DNA of 64,000 bases from Thermoplasmatota archaeon (GTDB taxonomy: Archaea > Thermoplasmatota > E2 > JACPAO01 > JAHFTW01). The notes under the pieces were generated by a model. It saw only the letters and a program-made list of their open reading frames with translations, did not search any database and had not been told where the DNA came from. Below are positions 19,091 through 28,483 of the stretch, piece after piece. Position 1 is the stretch's first letter, and every line of letters begins with the position of its first letter. A program made the translations under genes and the position numbers. The stretch covers positions 3,760-67,759 of the forward strand of contig JBMYRW010000002.1 of NCBI GenBank assembly GCA_049602735.1, given 5' to 3'.

Positions 19091-19108
19091 GATTTCTATA
19101 CTATAGAG
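19091..19108 (+). promoter_or_regulatory. AT-rich TATA-like element upstream of livJ
   Basis: 'gatttctatactatagag' sits about 25-40 nt upstream of the livJ ATG in an otherwise GC-rich intergenic region. This fits an archaeal TATA box for a leaderless or short-leader transcript. Confidence 0.3.
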
Positions 19109-19131
19109 ACCTGGGCGCGCAGGTGAAACCC

Positions 19132-20271
19132 ATGCGTCTCCCCCGCTTCCCGACCGCGGCTTTCGTGGCCGTCCTGATGCTCAGCGTCGCCCTTGCCGGC
19201 TGCACCGGCTCCGACGACGGCGAAGACCCGGTCCACATGGGTGTCCTCATGCCGCTCACGGGTGTTGCTGCCACGCTGGGCGAACCGGCGTTCAAGGGCG
19301 CCGAACTGGCTGCCAAACAGATCAACGCCGCCGGCGGCGTGGACGGGCGTGAACTCATCCTCAACGTGGAGGACACGCAGTTCCCGGAGACGGAGGAGAC
19401 CCTGGCCGCCTACACGCGCCTGCAGGGCGACGGCATCCAGTTCATCGTGGGCGCCCTCGCCAGCGACTCCACGGCCGCCGTCAAGGAGCGCGCGGACACC
19501 GACAAGGTGGTCCTGATGAGCCCCAGCAGCACGCGCCCCAGCCTCAGCGGCGCCGGCCATGGCTACTTCTACCGCACGATCGCCAACGACGACGTGCAGG
19601 GACCCCAGGCGGCCGCGTTCGTCTACGAGGACCTGGACGCGGATGAGACCGTGGTCATGTTCCAGCAGACCGGCTACGCGGAGGGCCTCAAGGACGTCTT
19701 CGTGCCGGCCTACGAGGACCTGGGCGGCGACGTCACCGGCGACCCCATCAGCTGGACCGACGACGAGGCGAGCATGGCCAGCAAGGCCGCCGAGGCCGCC
19801 GCGCTTGCGCCCGAGTTCATCTGGATCTCCGGCCAGGCCCCTGAGATCGGGACGCTGATCAAGGAGCTGCGGGACGCTGGCTACTCCGGCGACATCATGA
19901 CCAGTGAAGCGGTCGAAGGTGACGACGTGTTCAACACGGGTGGCAGCGCCATCGACGGCGTCTACTTCACCAAGAGCAGCCCCGACCTGGCCTCCACGGC
20001 CTACCAGGACTTCCTGCTGGCCTACCAGGCCGAATACGGCACCGGCCCCGGCCCCTTCGACGTCTACGCGTTCGATGCGGTCTTCGTGGGCGCTGCCGCC
20101 ATCGAAGCGGTGGGCAACGACGGTGAGGCCATCAAGGAATGGTTGGACTCCAACAGCGTCAGTGGCCGCGTGAGCACCCCGACCATCTCGTTCCTCAACG
20201 GCGATGTCACCAGCGGTGGCTACACGCTCTGGCAGATCGACACGAGCGGCCGCGCCTTCGTGCCTGCCTGA
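19132..20271 (+). CDS. livJ: ABC transporter substrate-binding lipoprotein (LivJ/LivK-like, periplasmic binding protein type I)
   Basis: Lipobox MLSVALAGCTGSDDG. PBP1 fold signatures. Divergently adjacent to the livHMGF operon. Confidence 0.85.
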   Translation: MRLPRFPTAAFVAVLMLSVALAGCTGSDDGEDPVHMGVLMPLTGVAATLGEPAFKGAELAAKQINAAGGVDGRELILNVEDTQFPETEETLAAYTRLQGDGIQFIVGALASDSTAAVKERADTDKVVLMSPSSTRPSLSGAGHGYFYRTIANDDVQGPQAAAFVYEDLDADETVVMFQQTGYAEGLKDVFVPAYEDLGGDVTGDPISWTDDEASMASKAAEAAALAPEFIWISGQAPEIGTLIKELRDAGYSGDIMTSEAVEGDDVFNTGGSAIDGVYFTKSSPDLASTAYQDFLLAYQAEYGTGPGPFDVYAFDAVFVGAAAIEAVGNDGEAIKEWLDSNSVSGRVSTPTISFLNGDVTSGGYTLWQIDTSGRAFVPA

Positions 20272-20322
20272 GCCGTCGGACCAGGGCAAGCGCCATAGAC
20301 CAAGAGGGGCCGTGGTGCCACC

Positions 20323-21156
20323 ATGAGCTTCCACGGCGCCCTCTTGGACCGCTACCGCAGCCTCGACCCGCTCGCCCAGGACCTCCTCGACGTGGCCCTG
20401 GTGCTGCTGGTAGGATGGGTCGTGGTGCGCGTCGTGGACCGTTACCTCGACGGGACCCTGCGCCGCGCCCGTAAGGTCGATGCCACCCTGCGGGCGTTCC
20501 TGGTGCGCGCCGCCCGGGCGGCCGCGTGGCTGATCGTCATCGTGGTGGCGCTGGGGGTCTGGGGCATCGATGCGGCAGCGCTGGCGGGCGGCCTGGCTGT
20601 CGGTGGCTTCGTGATCGGCTTCGCCGTCAAGGACGTCCTGGGCAACCTGGCCGCCGGCGTGACGCTGCTCCTGTACCGGCCGTTCCATGAGGGGGAGACG
20701 GTAGAGATCGCAGGCATCGCCGGTGACATCGCCGAGCTCGGATTGGCCATGACGACGCTGAAGACCGGCGACGGCCGCGTCGTGACGATCCCCAACGGCA
20801 AGGTGTTGGGGGACCGCATCATCAACCACACGCGCGAGCCGCGCCGCCGCGCCGACGTCTTGGTGGGCGTCGGGTACGGCGATGACCTGGACGTGGCCGT
20901 GCAGGCGATCTTGAAGGCTGTGCGGGAGGACCCGCGCGTGATGGCTGAACCGGCCCCGAGCGTCCGCTTCACGGACCTGGGCGACAACGCCGTGGGTCTT
21001 CAGGTGAGGCCGTGGGTGAAGACGGAGGACTTCTGGCAGGCCAAGGCGGATCTGCACGCGACGGTGAAACGTGCGTTGGAGGCGGCCGGCTGCTCGATCC
21101 CGTACCCCCAACGCGACGTCCACGTGCATCAGGTGGCGGCGGCGGGCATCGCATGA
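20323..21156 (+). CDS. Small-conductance mechanosensitive channel (MscS family)
   Basis: TM helices followed by the conserved MscS beta-domain ([38 protein letters not shown]). Confidence 0.85.
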   Translation: MSFHGALLDRYRSLDPLAQDLLDVALVLLVGWVVVRVVDRYLDGTLRRARKVDATLRAFLVRAARAAAWLIVIVVALGVWGIDAAALAGGLAVGGFVIGFAVKDVLGNLAAGVTLLLYRPFHEGETVEIAGIAGDIAELGLAMTTLKTGDGRVVTIPNGKVLGDRIINHTREPRRRADVLVGVGYGDDLDVAVQAILKAVREDPRVMAEPAPSVRFTDLGDNAVGLQVRPWVKTEDFWQAKADLHATVKRALEAAGCSIPYPQRDVHVHQVAAAGIA

Positions 21157-21458
21157 CGCCAGCGGTCCACCTGCTGGTCACCGGCAAGGTCCAGGGCGTC
21201 TATTTCCGGGAGTCCACGAGGGCGGAGGCGGACCGGCTGGGCGTCTCGGGCTGGGTGCGCAACCTGACCGACGGCCGCGTCGAGGCGCTCCTTGCTGGCC
21301 CCGGGGAAGCTGTCGAGGCGCTTGTCGCCTGGTGCCATCATGGGCCCCCGGCGGCGCGCGTGGACGACCTGGCCCGTACCCCTTCGAGCGAAGCGCCGGA
21401 TGGCCCGTTCCAGGTGCGCCCGACGGCAGAGCGCCCACACCAGGGCCTCAACGCATAA
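21153..21458 (+). CDS. acyP: Acylphosphatase
   Basis: VxGxVQGVxFR motif ([15 protein letters not shown]) and GWVRN. Start overlaps the mscS stop (ATGA). Confidence 0.8.
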   Translation: MTPAVHLLVTGKVQGVYFRESTRAEADRLGVSGWVRNLTDGRVEALLAGPGEAVEALVAWCHHGPPAARVDDLARTPSSEAPDGPFQVRPTAERPHQGLNA

Positions 21459-21484
21459 GAAGGGACTCGCACGCTCGTTGGCCT

Positions 21485-22759
21485 ATGCGAAAATGGATCG
21501 TGCTCCCACTCCTGTTGGCGAGCCTGGCCGGCTGCCTCGGCGGCGAAGAAGAGGCGCCCTCGCAGGAAGCCGCAGCTCCCGCCGGTGACACGCCGCTCCA
21601 TGTCCAGGAGCTCCTGCCCGCCTCTTCGGCAGCCGCGAACGACGCCGTGCTGCCCCTCTGGGACGCCCTGGCCAACGCCACCGACGGCGCCGCCGCTACG
21701 GTGACCGTCACCGGCGATCCCGCGTTCCTCCTGGCGGCCGACCCCCGCAACGGCATGACCGACTTCGAGTTGGAACTCGTGCCCAGCAGCCTGCTGACCA
21801 ACGAGACCTGGCTGGAAGTGGACGGCGTGCGCTACGACATGCCGGACATCCGCGTCTACGAAGGCCACGTGGTCGGCGACGAGACCGCCGCCGCCCGCCT
21901 CACCGTCACGCCGGAATGGGCCCGCGGCACCGTGCGCCTCGACGACGTGTCGTACCGCATCCGCGTCAACATGGACGGCAACTTCCCCATCGGCATGGAG
22001 CTGCGCGACGGCTACGAAGGCGGCGACGAGGCCGGCTACCACCCCGCCCTGGCCGCGCCCGCGCCGTTCACGTTCGACAAGGACGGCCAGATGCCCCACG
22101 ACTGCCTGAGCCCAGTCCCCGACACCGCCAGCCCGCAGATGAACGTCCTGGGCGCCAGCGGCAACGACGTGCTCACCGCGCGCATCATCCTCGACGCCGA
22201 CGCCCTGTACGCCCAGACGCTCGGCCACGACACGTTCCCCATGATGGTCGCCATGCTGGCCGAAGTGGACGCCATCTACGACCACCAGATGGCCCTGCGC
22301 TACCAGATCATGGGCCTCCACGTGCACACCACGCCGGACGCCATGAGCGCCCCCGCGGACGCGGCGCCGCTCGGCGACCTGTCGGAGTACTGGAACGCCC
22401 GCAGCGACCTGCGCGACATGGTCCACCTCTACACCGGTCACCCGTCCAGTTACGCCCAGGCCAACTGCATCGGCGGCGCCGGCATGCCCGACCTCGCCTA
22501 CACCTTCACGACGATCCACTGGGCCAGCGAATCCAGCGGCAAGATGCGCCACGAGCAGACCTACGCCCATGAACTGGGCCACATCCTCAACGCCCACCAC
22601 CATTACGGCAACCCCCTCGAAGGCGGCCTGTCGACGACGGTGATGCACCAGGGCGGCGAGAAGGTCCACCCGGTCTTCAGCTGGGCCTCCAAGAGCGTCA
22701 TCCGCGGCTGGGCCGAGACCCACCTGGGTCAGCACGACCCGGCGCCTGAATCGGCCTGA
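21485..22759 (+). CDS. Secreted zinc metalloprotease lipoprotein (HExxH, reprolysin/M12B-like fold suspected)
   Basis: Lipobox MRKWIVLPLLLASLAGCLGG. Zinc-binding 'HELGHILNAHHHYG' motif near the C-terminus. Confidence 0.75.
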   Translation: MRKWIVLPLLLASLAGCLGGEEEAPSQEAAAPAGDTPLHVQELLPASSAAANDAVLPLWDALANATDGAAATVTVTGDPAFLLAADPRNGMTDFELELVPSSLLTNETWLEVDGVRYDMPDIRVYEGHVVGDETAAARLTVTPEWARGTVRLDDVSYRIRVNMDGNFPIGMELRDGYEGGDEAGYHPALAAPAPFTFDKDGQMPHDCLSPVPDTASPQMNVLGASGNDVLTARIILDADALYAQTLGHDTFPMMVAMLAEVDAIYDHQMALRYQIMGLHVHTTPDAMSAPADAAPLGDLSEYWNARSDLRDMVHLYTGHPSSYAQANCIGGAGMPDLAYTFTTIHWASESSGKMRHEQTYAHELGHILNAHHHYGNPLEGGLSTTVMHQGGEKVHPVFSWASKSVIRGWAETHLGQHDPAPESA

Positions 22760-22821
22760 GTGTCGGCGGCGCACCGGGCGGTTGCCGCAACACCTTTGAC
22801 GGCCGGCAGGGACCCAGGCGC

Positions 22822-24183
22822 ATGCGCCTGGCCCCTGCCATGCTGACTCTTCTGCTCCTGCCCCTGGCCGGCTGCCTCGACATCGGTGACGATGCCGGCG
22901 GCGACGAAGCCGCAGCCCCCACGTCCGCCCTGCTCGACGATGCCCTGGCCCTCTGGGACAGCGGCGCCCCGGCGGCCAACATCAACCTGGTGGGCGAATG
23001 GCGCAACGGCGGCGGCGCGGAGATCGACGCCTGGGAGAACTACCTCTTCGTGGACCGCGGCTCCGCCGTCCACATCCTGGACGTCACCGACCCGGCCCGC
23101 CCCGAAGAGGTGAGCGTGGTGGACCTGGCGCCCGGCGTCCTGGACGTCAAGGTCTCGGACGATGGGAACTGGATGTTCATCGGCGAGGATGCCGAAGGCA
23201 GCACCGCCCTGGCCGGACCTGTGAACGACGCGGTCGCCGCGACCCCTGTGGGCGGTGGTCCGTTCACCGGCGGCTTCTACGTCATCGACATCAGCGACAA
23301 GGAGAACCCCACCTACGTCAGCGAGCTGCTCGTGGGCCCCCGCCGCGGCCCCCACATGGTCTTCTACCACCAACAGGCGGACGGCACGGAACTGGTACTG
23401 GGCGCCAACGCAGACGTGAGCATCAACCGCTTCGACCGCGACGCCGGCACCCTCACCGAGCTCTCCCGCTACAGCCCCGACCTGATCTTCGACTTCAACC
23501 GCGACCCCGAGGTCTTCGACGTGCTCTACCAGGGCTGGGCGCACGACATGTTCGTCATGGAGGACCCCGTGGACAACGCGACCCTGATGTACGTGGCCAA
23601 CTGGGACGCCGGCCTGCGCATCGTGGACCTCACCGACCCCGCCAGCCCCGTCGAAGTGGGCGGCTGGAACGCCTTCCCCGAAGGCCACGAAGGCAACCTG
23701 CACACCGTCGCCACCGACTGGGTGGGCGACCGCCGCATCACCATCGGCACCGTGGAAGTGGGCTTCGCCGTCGTCGGCGGCTACCACTACGCCATGGGCA
23801 CCGACCGCAGCATCCTCTACGTCTGGGACACCACCGACCCCGCGAACATCGAACTCCTGGGCACCTGGGAGAACCCCGACAAGGAGCCCGCCGGCCGCGA
23901 CTACGTCCCCGACGAAGAGATCACCAGCACCCACAACTTCCAGTTCGAGGACGGCCGCATCTACCTGGCCCACTACGGCCTCGGCGTCTGGGTCCTCGAC
24001 GTCTCCACTCCCGAGAACCAGGCCGACCCCAAGGTCCTGGGCTACTACCTGGAAGAGGGCCAGAACACCTGGGACGTCCTCATCCAACGCGGTGTCACCT
24101 GGACCAGCGGCGTCGAAGGCGTCCTCGGCCTCCACTTCATCACCGACGAGGTCGGGGTGGGTGGACTGAACGGACGAGCCTAG
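22822..24183 (+). CDS. LVIVD-repeat beta-propeller lipoprotein (paralog of 12795..14021)
   Basis: Lipobox LLLLPLAGCLDIGDD. Repeated VLDVTDPARP, RIVDLTDPASP and VWDTTDPANI motifs. Confidence 0.8.
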   Translation: MRLAPAMLTLLLLPLAGCLDIGDDAGGDEAAAPTSALLDDALALWDSGAPAANINLVGEWRNGGGAEIDAWENYLFVDRGSAVHILDVTDPARPEEVSVVDLAPGVLDVKVSDDGNWMFIGEDAEGSTALAGPVNDAVAATPVGGGPFTGGFYVIDISDKENPTYVSELLVGPRRGPHMVFYHQQADGTELVLGANADVSINRFDRDAGTLTELSRYSPDLIFDFNRDPEVFDVLYQGWAHDMFVMEDPVDNATLMYVANWDAGLRIVDLTDPASPVEVGGWNAFPEGHEGNLHTVATDWVGDRRITIGTVEVGFAVVGGYHYAMGTDRSILYVWDTTDPANIELLGTWENPDKEPAGRDYVPDEEITSTHNFQFEDGRIYLAHYGLGVWVLDVSTPENQADPKVLGYYLEEGQNTWDVLIQRGVTWTSGVEGVLGLHFITDEVGVGGLNGRA

Positions 24184-24236
24184 GCGCGCGGCACCGCCGT
24201 CACAACCTTCATCCCTGACGCGGCCGCGTCAACGCC

Positions 24237-25805
24237 ATGCGTCTGCTCGTCCCATCCCTTGCCCTTCTCCTCTTGGCGGCCCCTCTGGCTTCGGCCGGCT
24301 TCGGTGAAGGCGCCCTCCTGTTCGAGGAGCTCGTGGTGGAGGGGGCGGAGAACGTGGGGGAGCCGACGATCGGAATCCCGTGGAACACGGACAGCCTGTT
24401 CTTCCACGCCGGCGCGACGACGATCAAGGGCGTCTTCGCGGACGATGACTCGGTGACGTGGACGGACGTGACGCCGCCGTACCAGTTGCCCATCAACCTG
24501 GATCCCATGTTGGTGGCGGACGAGGACACGGGGCGCGTCTTGGCGGGCGGCCTCCTGGGGCCGTGCAGTCTCATGTACTACTCGGACGACGATGGCGTGA
24601 CGTGGCTGCCGGCGGGCAACATGTGCAGCGGCGCGCAGTTCGACCATCAGTCGATCGGCATCGGTCCGAAGCCCGGCGTCGGGAACCCCACCAACTCGCC
24701 GCAGCTCCAGAACGCCTACTACTGTGGGCAGTTGGGGCTCATCGGTTGCTCGGTGAGCTTCGACGGCGGTGTCACGTGGACAGCGCCGACGCCGGCGGTC
24801 GTGCAGTTCGTGGATCCTGGCGGCGACGACACGGCGGCGTGCGGTGGCTTCCATGGCCATTGGCGCATCAGCCGGGTGACCGGGACGGCCATGCTCCCCG
24901 TGCCGGCCTGCGCGTCCCGTCACGGGCTCCTGGTGGCCAACGCGGGCCTGGACGGCACGGAAGTGGCCGGTGTCACGGGTCTCCTGTTCGAGGGGCGCAC
25001 GGTCGCCGGCAGCCACGAATGGGACGGGGGCTTCGACAGCAGCATCGGCATCAGCCGCGGCGAGGGCTGGATCTACTATGGCCAGGCGGACTACATGGGG
25101 GCCCGCATCGGGCTCTCGAAGGACGAAGGGCTGAGCTGGGAGAGCCTCGGCGAGGGCGCCGACACGACGACGTGGCTCGACGTGGGCCAGTTCCATGACC
25201 CGCCCGTGGTCGCCGCGACGTTCGCGGACGTGCAGGCGGGCGACGACGACCGCGCGGCGTTCACGTTCCTGGGCCTGGAGGACCTGGACGGCGATGGCGC
25301 CGGGGACGAGTACGGTGACCTGTACGCCTGCGATGAGCCGGCGGACGGCGAGAACCGTTACTGGAACTACTACGCGGCCTTCACCTATGACGCCGGTAAC
25401 ACGTGGGAGGTCCAGCGGCTCACGGACCACCCGGTGCAGGTGGGCGGCATCTGGGACGGTGGCGGCGGCAACCCCTGCCGCAACCTCCTCGACTTCAATG
25501 ACATGGACATCGACTCCGAGGGCCGCGTCCACATCGGTTACGCCGACGGCTGCATCGCCGAGTGCTGGAAGGTCGAAGGCGGTGGCGACGACCGCTACGC
25601 GGTGGAGCCGCGGGTGCTGCGCCAGGTGGCCGGCAACGGGCTCTTTGCGGCCTTCGACGAGGCGCCGCCTGGTGGTGCATCCCAACCGGAGCCATCAGAG
25701 CCTCTTGAGGACGGCGACGATGGGGAAGAGTCCCCGGCGCCTGGCCTGCTCCTGGTGGCCGTCGGCCTGGTCGCCGCGGCGTTCGTCGCCCGACGTCGGG
25801 TCTAG
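24237..25805 (+). CDS. Secreted BNR/Asp-box repeat protein (sialidase/glycosyl-hydrolase-like beta-propeller) with a PGF-CTERM-like C-terminal anchor
   Basis: Signal peptide MRLLVPSLALLLLAAPLASA. Four SxDxGxTW Asp-box repeats (SDDDGVTW, SFDGGVTW, SKDEGLSW, TYDAGNTW). C-terminal '[24 protein letters not shown]' follows a Glu/Asp/Pro-rich linker. Confidence 0.8.
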   Translation: MRLLVPSLALLLLAAPLASAGFGEGALLFEELVVEGAENVGEPTIGIPWNTDSLFFHAGATTIKGVFADDDSVTWTDVTPPYQLPINLDPMLVADEDTGRVLAGGLLGPCSLMYYSDDDGVTWLPAGNMCSGAQFDHQSIGIGPKPGVGNPTNSPQLQNAYYCGQLGLIGCSVSFDGGVTWTAPTPAVVQFVDPGGDDTAACGGFHGHWRISRVTGTAMLPVPACASRHGLLVANAGLDGTEVAGVTGLLFEGRTVAGSHEWDGGFDSSIGISRGEGWIYYGQADYMGARIGLSKDEGLSWESLGEGADTTTWLDVGQFHDPPVVAATFADVQAGDDDRAAFTFLGLEDLDGDGAGDEYGDLYACDEPADGENRYWNYYAAFTYDAGNTWEVQRLTDHPVQVGGIWDGGGGNPCRNLLDFNDMDIDSEGRVHIGYADGCIAECWKVEGGGDDRYAVEPRVLRQVAGNGLFAAFDEAPPGGASQPEPSEPLEDGDDGEESPAPGLLLVAVGLVAAAFVARRRV

Positions 25806-26305
25806 AGCGGCGAGGAGGCGACGGCAGCCGGCAACGGGAACCGCCCCTGGAGGCGAGGGTGGTCCACGATGAGTGTGGCCCCTGCAAGATCAGCGGCCGG
25901 CGGCAACGGGAACGCGAGGTAGATCACGGCGGTCGTGGCCTCGTCGGTCCCGTGGTCGCCGATGACCTGCGCCGGGACGCGGGTGCCCCCACATTCGAGG
26001 CTGAACGCCTGTTCGAGACCGGCGTAGAAGCCCAGTCGCGTCTTGATGTGGGCGGGGTCGGTCACTTCGACGCTGACGGTGCAGGTGGGGCGGTCCGGCC
26101 GGGGCGTCAGCTCGGCGTAGCCGGCCTTGATGGCGGCGCGGCTCTCGGGGTCCTCCTCCATCCACAGCATCTCGGCCACCTGGTGATCGATGGTGGTCTC
26201 GGACTCCCAGAGGAGGCTCACGTCGTCGGCGAGCGCCATCCGGCGGGGGGCCTTATGCTCCTGGATGAGGCGGTAGTGTTGGCGGCGCGCGGCGTCGACG
26301 GTCAT
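25802..26305 (-). CDS. Hypothetical protein, last gene of the fur-dps-rubrerythrin operon
   Basis: 167 aa with protein-like composition. The opposite-strand ORF 25859..26335 is antisense-type. Lies 16 nt downstream of the rubrerythrin gene on the same strand. Confidence 0.5.
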   Translation of the reverse strand: MTVDAARRQHYRLIQEHKAPRRMALADDVSLLWESETTIDHQVAEMLWMEEDPESRAAIKAGYAELTPRPDRPTCTVSVEVTDPAHIKTRLGFYAGLEQAFSLECGGTRVPAQVIGDHGTDEATTAVIYLAFPLPPAADLAGATLIVDHPRLQGRFPLPAAVASSPL

Positions 26306-26321
26306 GGCTCCGCGTCCCTGT

Positions 26322-26762
26322 TCAGGCCGGGATGAGGCCGCTGGCCTCGCCGGTGAGGGCTTCCAGGGCCGATTCGAAGCGGCCGGCGTGGATCTTCTCC
26401 GCCTTCGCCATCACTTCGAACCATTCGGCGATCTCCGTGAAGCCTTCGTCGCGGGCGACGCGGGCGAAGCCGGGATACATCTCCGTGAACTCGTAGACCT
26501 CGCCGGCGATGGCGGCCTTCAGGTTCTTGGCGGTGTCTCCGATGGGCACGTCCGTGACGGGGTCGGTGTCGAGCCAGTCGAGGTGGCCAAACGCATGCTT
26601 GGTCTCGCCGTTGCTGATGCTCCGGAACAGCGAGGCGGCCTCCTCTTGGCCCTCCGTGTCGGCGCGTTCTGCGAAGTAGAGGTAGCGGCGGTTGGCCTGG
26701 GATTCGCCCGCGAAGGCGGCCTTCAGGTTGTCGAGCGTCTGGGTTCCTTGCAGGTCGGTCAT
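26322..26762 (-). CDS. Rubrerythrin-family ferritin-like diiron protein (no rubredoxin domain)
   Basis: Two ExxH diiron motifs in a four-helix-bundle layout ([13 protein letters not shown]...ETKHAF; [10 protein letters not shown]...EKIHAGRF). Confidence 0.85.
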   Translation of the reverse strand: MTDLQGTQTLDNLKAAFAGESQANRRYLYFAERADTEGQEEAASLFRSISNGETKHAFGHLDWLDTDPVTDVPIGDTAKNLKAAIAGEVYEFTEMYPGFARVARDEGFTEIAEWFEVMAKAEKIHAGRFESALEALTGEASGLIPA

Positions 26763-26772
26763 GGGGGTCTCC

Positions 26773-27255
26773 TTATTCGAGGTGGGCGCGCAGCATCCAG
26801 GCGGTCTTCTCCGACACGCTGCGCCGGTCGTCCAGAAGGGCGATCGTGGACTCGTCCGCGTGCTCTTCGGCCAGGGGGCGCACGTCGCGGATCGTCCGGA
26901 TGAGGGCTTCGTGGCCCGCGGCGAGGTCGGCGACCATGGCGTCCCAGGAGGGCACGCCGTCGGCCTCGGCGATGGTGGCGTGGGCGGCCAGGGCGCTGCC
27001 GGAGCCGGGGGCGGGGAAGCCGAGGCTGCGGATGCGTTCGGCCAGGTCGTCGTTGGCGATCCACAGTTCGTTGTACTGGGTCTCGAAGAGCGCGTGGAGT
27101 GCCTGGAAATGGGGGCCGGTGACGTTCCAGTGGTAGCCGTGGGTCTTGAGGTAGAGCGTGTAGCTGTCGGCCAGGACGCGGGTGAGGCCGTCGGCGATGG
27201 CGGCGCGGGCGTCTTCTGGGATGCCGATGTCGATGGCGGTCTTGGTCGGGCTCAT
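26773..27255 (-). CDS. dps: Dps-family DNA-protecting ferritin-like protein
   Basis: Dps ferroxidase-site motifs (HWNVTGPHFQALHALFE, ELWIANDDLAERIRSLG). Confidence 0.88.
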   Translation of the reverse strand: MSPTKTAIDIGIPEDARAAIADGLTRVLADSYTLYLKTHGYHWNVTGPHFQALHALFETQYNELWIANDDLAERIRSLGFPAPGSGSALAAHATIAEADGVPSWDAMVADLAAGHEALIRTIRDVRPLAEEHADESTIALLDDRRSVSEKTAWMLRAHLE

Positions 27256-27623
27256 GGTCGTTCCTTCAGGGTTCCTTTGAGTTCGAGGGTGCAGTCGGCG
27301 GGGCCGTCGAAGTGCTCGGAGCAGACGGCGGCCAGTTCGGCCTGGAGGCCGGTGGGGAGCGGGAGGTCGATGAGGCGGTCGGTGGCCGTGTCGCGCAGAT
27401 GGAGGTGGGGTGTGGTGTTGTGGTCGTAGCGGGCGTGGCCGTCGACCTGCCAGAGGGCCACGTCGCCGTCGGAGACGAGGCGGCCGAGGTTGCGGTATAC
27501 GGTGGCCAGGCTGACGCGGGGCAGCTGGCCGCGCACGTGCGCGAAGACCTCATCGGCAGTGGGGTGGTCCAGTTCGTGGACCGCGGCGAGGACCGCCTTG
27601 GACTGCCGGCTATTGGCTGCCAT
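27252..27623 (-). CDS. Fur-family transcriptional regulator (PerR/Fur-like)
   Basis: Fur DNA-binding helix 'SLATVYRNL', HxH/CxxC-type metal-site residues, ~123 aa. Overlaps the dps start by 4 nt. An ATG at 27621-27623 is preferred over the upstream TTG. Confidence 0.85.
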   Translation of the reverse strand: MAANSRQSKAVLAAVHELDHPTADEVFAHVRGQLPRVSLATVYRNLGRLVSDGDVALWQVDGHARYDHNTTPHLHLRDTATDRLIDLPLPTGLQAELAAVCSEHFDGPADCTLELKGTLKERP

Positions 27624-27630
27624 CAATCAG

Positions 27631-27651
27631 AAGTAGTAACTGTTCCTACTT
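27631..27651. promoter_or_regulatory. Palindromic operator candidate (AAGTAG-N9-CTACTT) immediately upstream of the fur start
   Basis: A perfect 6-bp inverted repeat in an AT-rich stretch, 8 nt from the fur ATG, in the divergent fur/ndk intergenic region. This is the typical position for an autoregulatory Fur/PerR box. Confidence 0.4.
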
Positions 27652-27733
27652 AGTGGTTGGGCCCAGGGCTGCCGCGCCGGGAGCCGCCCCTGTCGACCGT
27701 GCGTTTTTCAAACGCACCTTGGTCGCGCGGCCC

Positions 27734-28186
27734 ATGGCAGTCGAAACCACCTTCGTCATGATCAAGCCGGACGCCGTGCGCCGCGGACTCGTGGGCCAGA
27801 TCGTCGCCCGCTTCGAGGCCAAGGGCCTCAAGATCAAGGCCATGCGCCTGGAAGCCCCTGACGCCGACGTCGTCGCCAAGCACTACGAAGTCCACAAGGA
27901 GCGCCCCTTCTACAAGGCCCTCGTGGACTACATCATGGCCGGCCCCGTCGTCCCCATGATGGTCGAAGGCGAGAGCGCCATCAGCGTCAGCCGCGCCCTG
28001 ATGGGTGCCACCAACCCCGTCGAGGGCAAGCCGGGCGAGATCCGCTTCGACTTCGGCCAGACCATCGGCCGCAACATCATCCACGGCAGCGACGCCCCCG
28101 AGACCGCCGAGTTCGAGCTGGGCCTCTGGTTCCCCAACGGTGGCGCCGACTACGAGACCACCAGCGAAGGCTGGCTCTTCGAATAG
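27734..28186 (+). CDS. ndk: Nucleoside diphosphate kinase
   Basis: Near-canonical NDK sequence (ETTFVMIKPDAV, catalytic NIIHGSD). Confidence 0.93.
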   Translation: MAVETTFVMIKPDAVRRGLVGQIVARFEAKGLKIKAMRLEAPDADVVAKHYEVHKERPFYKALVDYIMAGPVVPMMVEGESAISVSRALMGATNPVEGKPGEIRFDFGQTIGRNIIHGSDAPETAEFELGLWFPNGGADYETTSEGWLFE

Positions 28187-28240
28187 GCCAATGTGCGTGC
28201 CAAAAGGACGATTAACCGAGGGCGCAATAGTGGAGTTGGC

Positions 28241-28483
28241 ATGGCGCAGTTGATGTCTCCCCGACAGATCGACCCTTCGGTGCTCCTTGAGTTTATCAGG
28301 CGCATGGGATACGACGTTGATGGTGAGTATATTACCAAAGAGGGTGGTCCCTACCACGATCCATGCACGGGCCTTCCCGTGAAATTCAACAAAATGATTA
28401 TCCTACAAGGTAGTGCGATTATTTTGGATGACAATCCAGTCAGCTTGGATTGGTACATGGACGAGTATCCGGGAACCCTTTAA
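28241..28483 (+). CDS. Hypothetical small protein (low-GC cassette, gene 1)
   Basis: ~80 aa from MAQLMSPRQIDPSVLLEFIRRMGYDVDGEY... No family recognised. Its stop abuts the next start. Confidence 0.45.
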   Translation: MAQLMSPRQIDPSVLLEFIRRMGYDVDGEYITKEGGPYHDPCTGLPVKFNKMIILQGSAIILDDNPVSLDWYMDEYPGTL

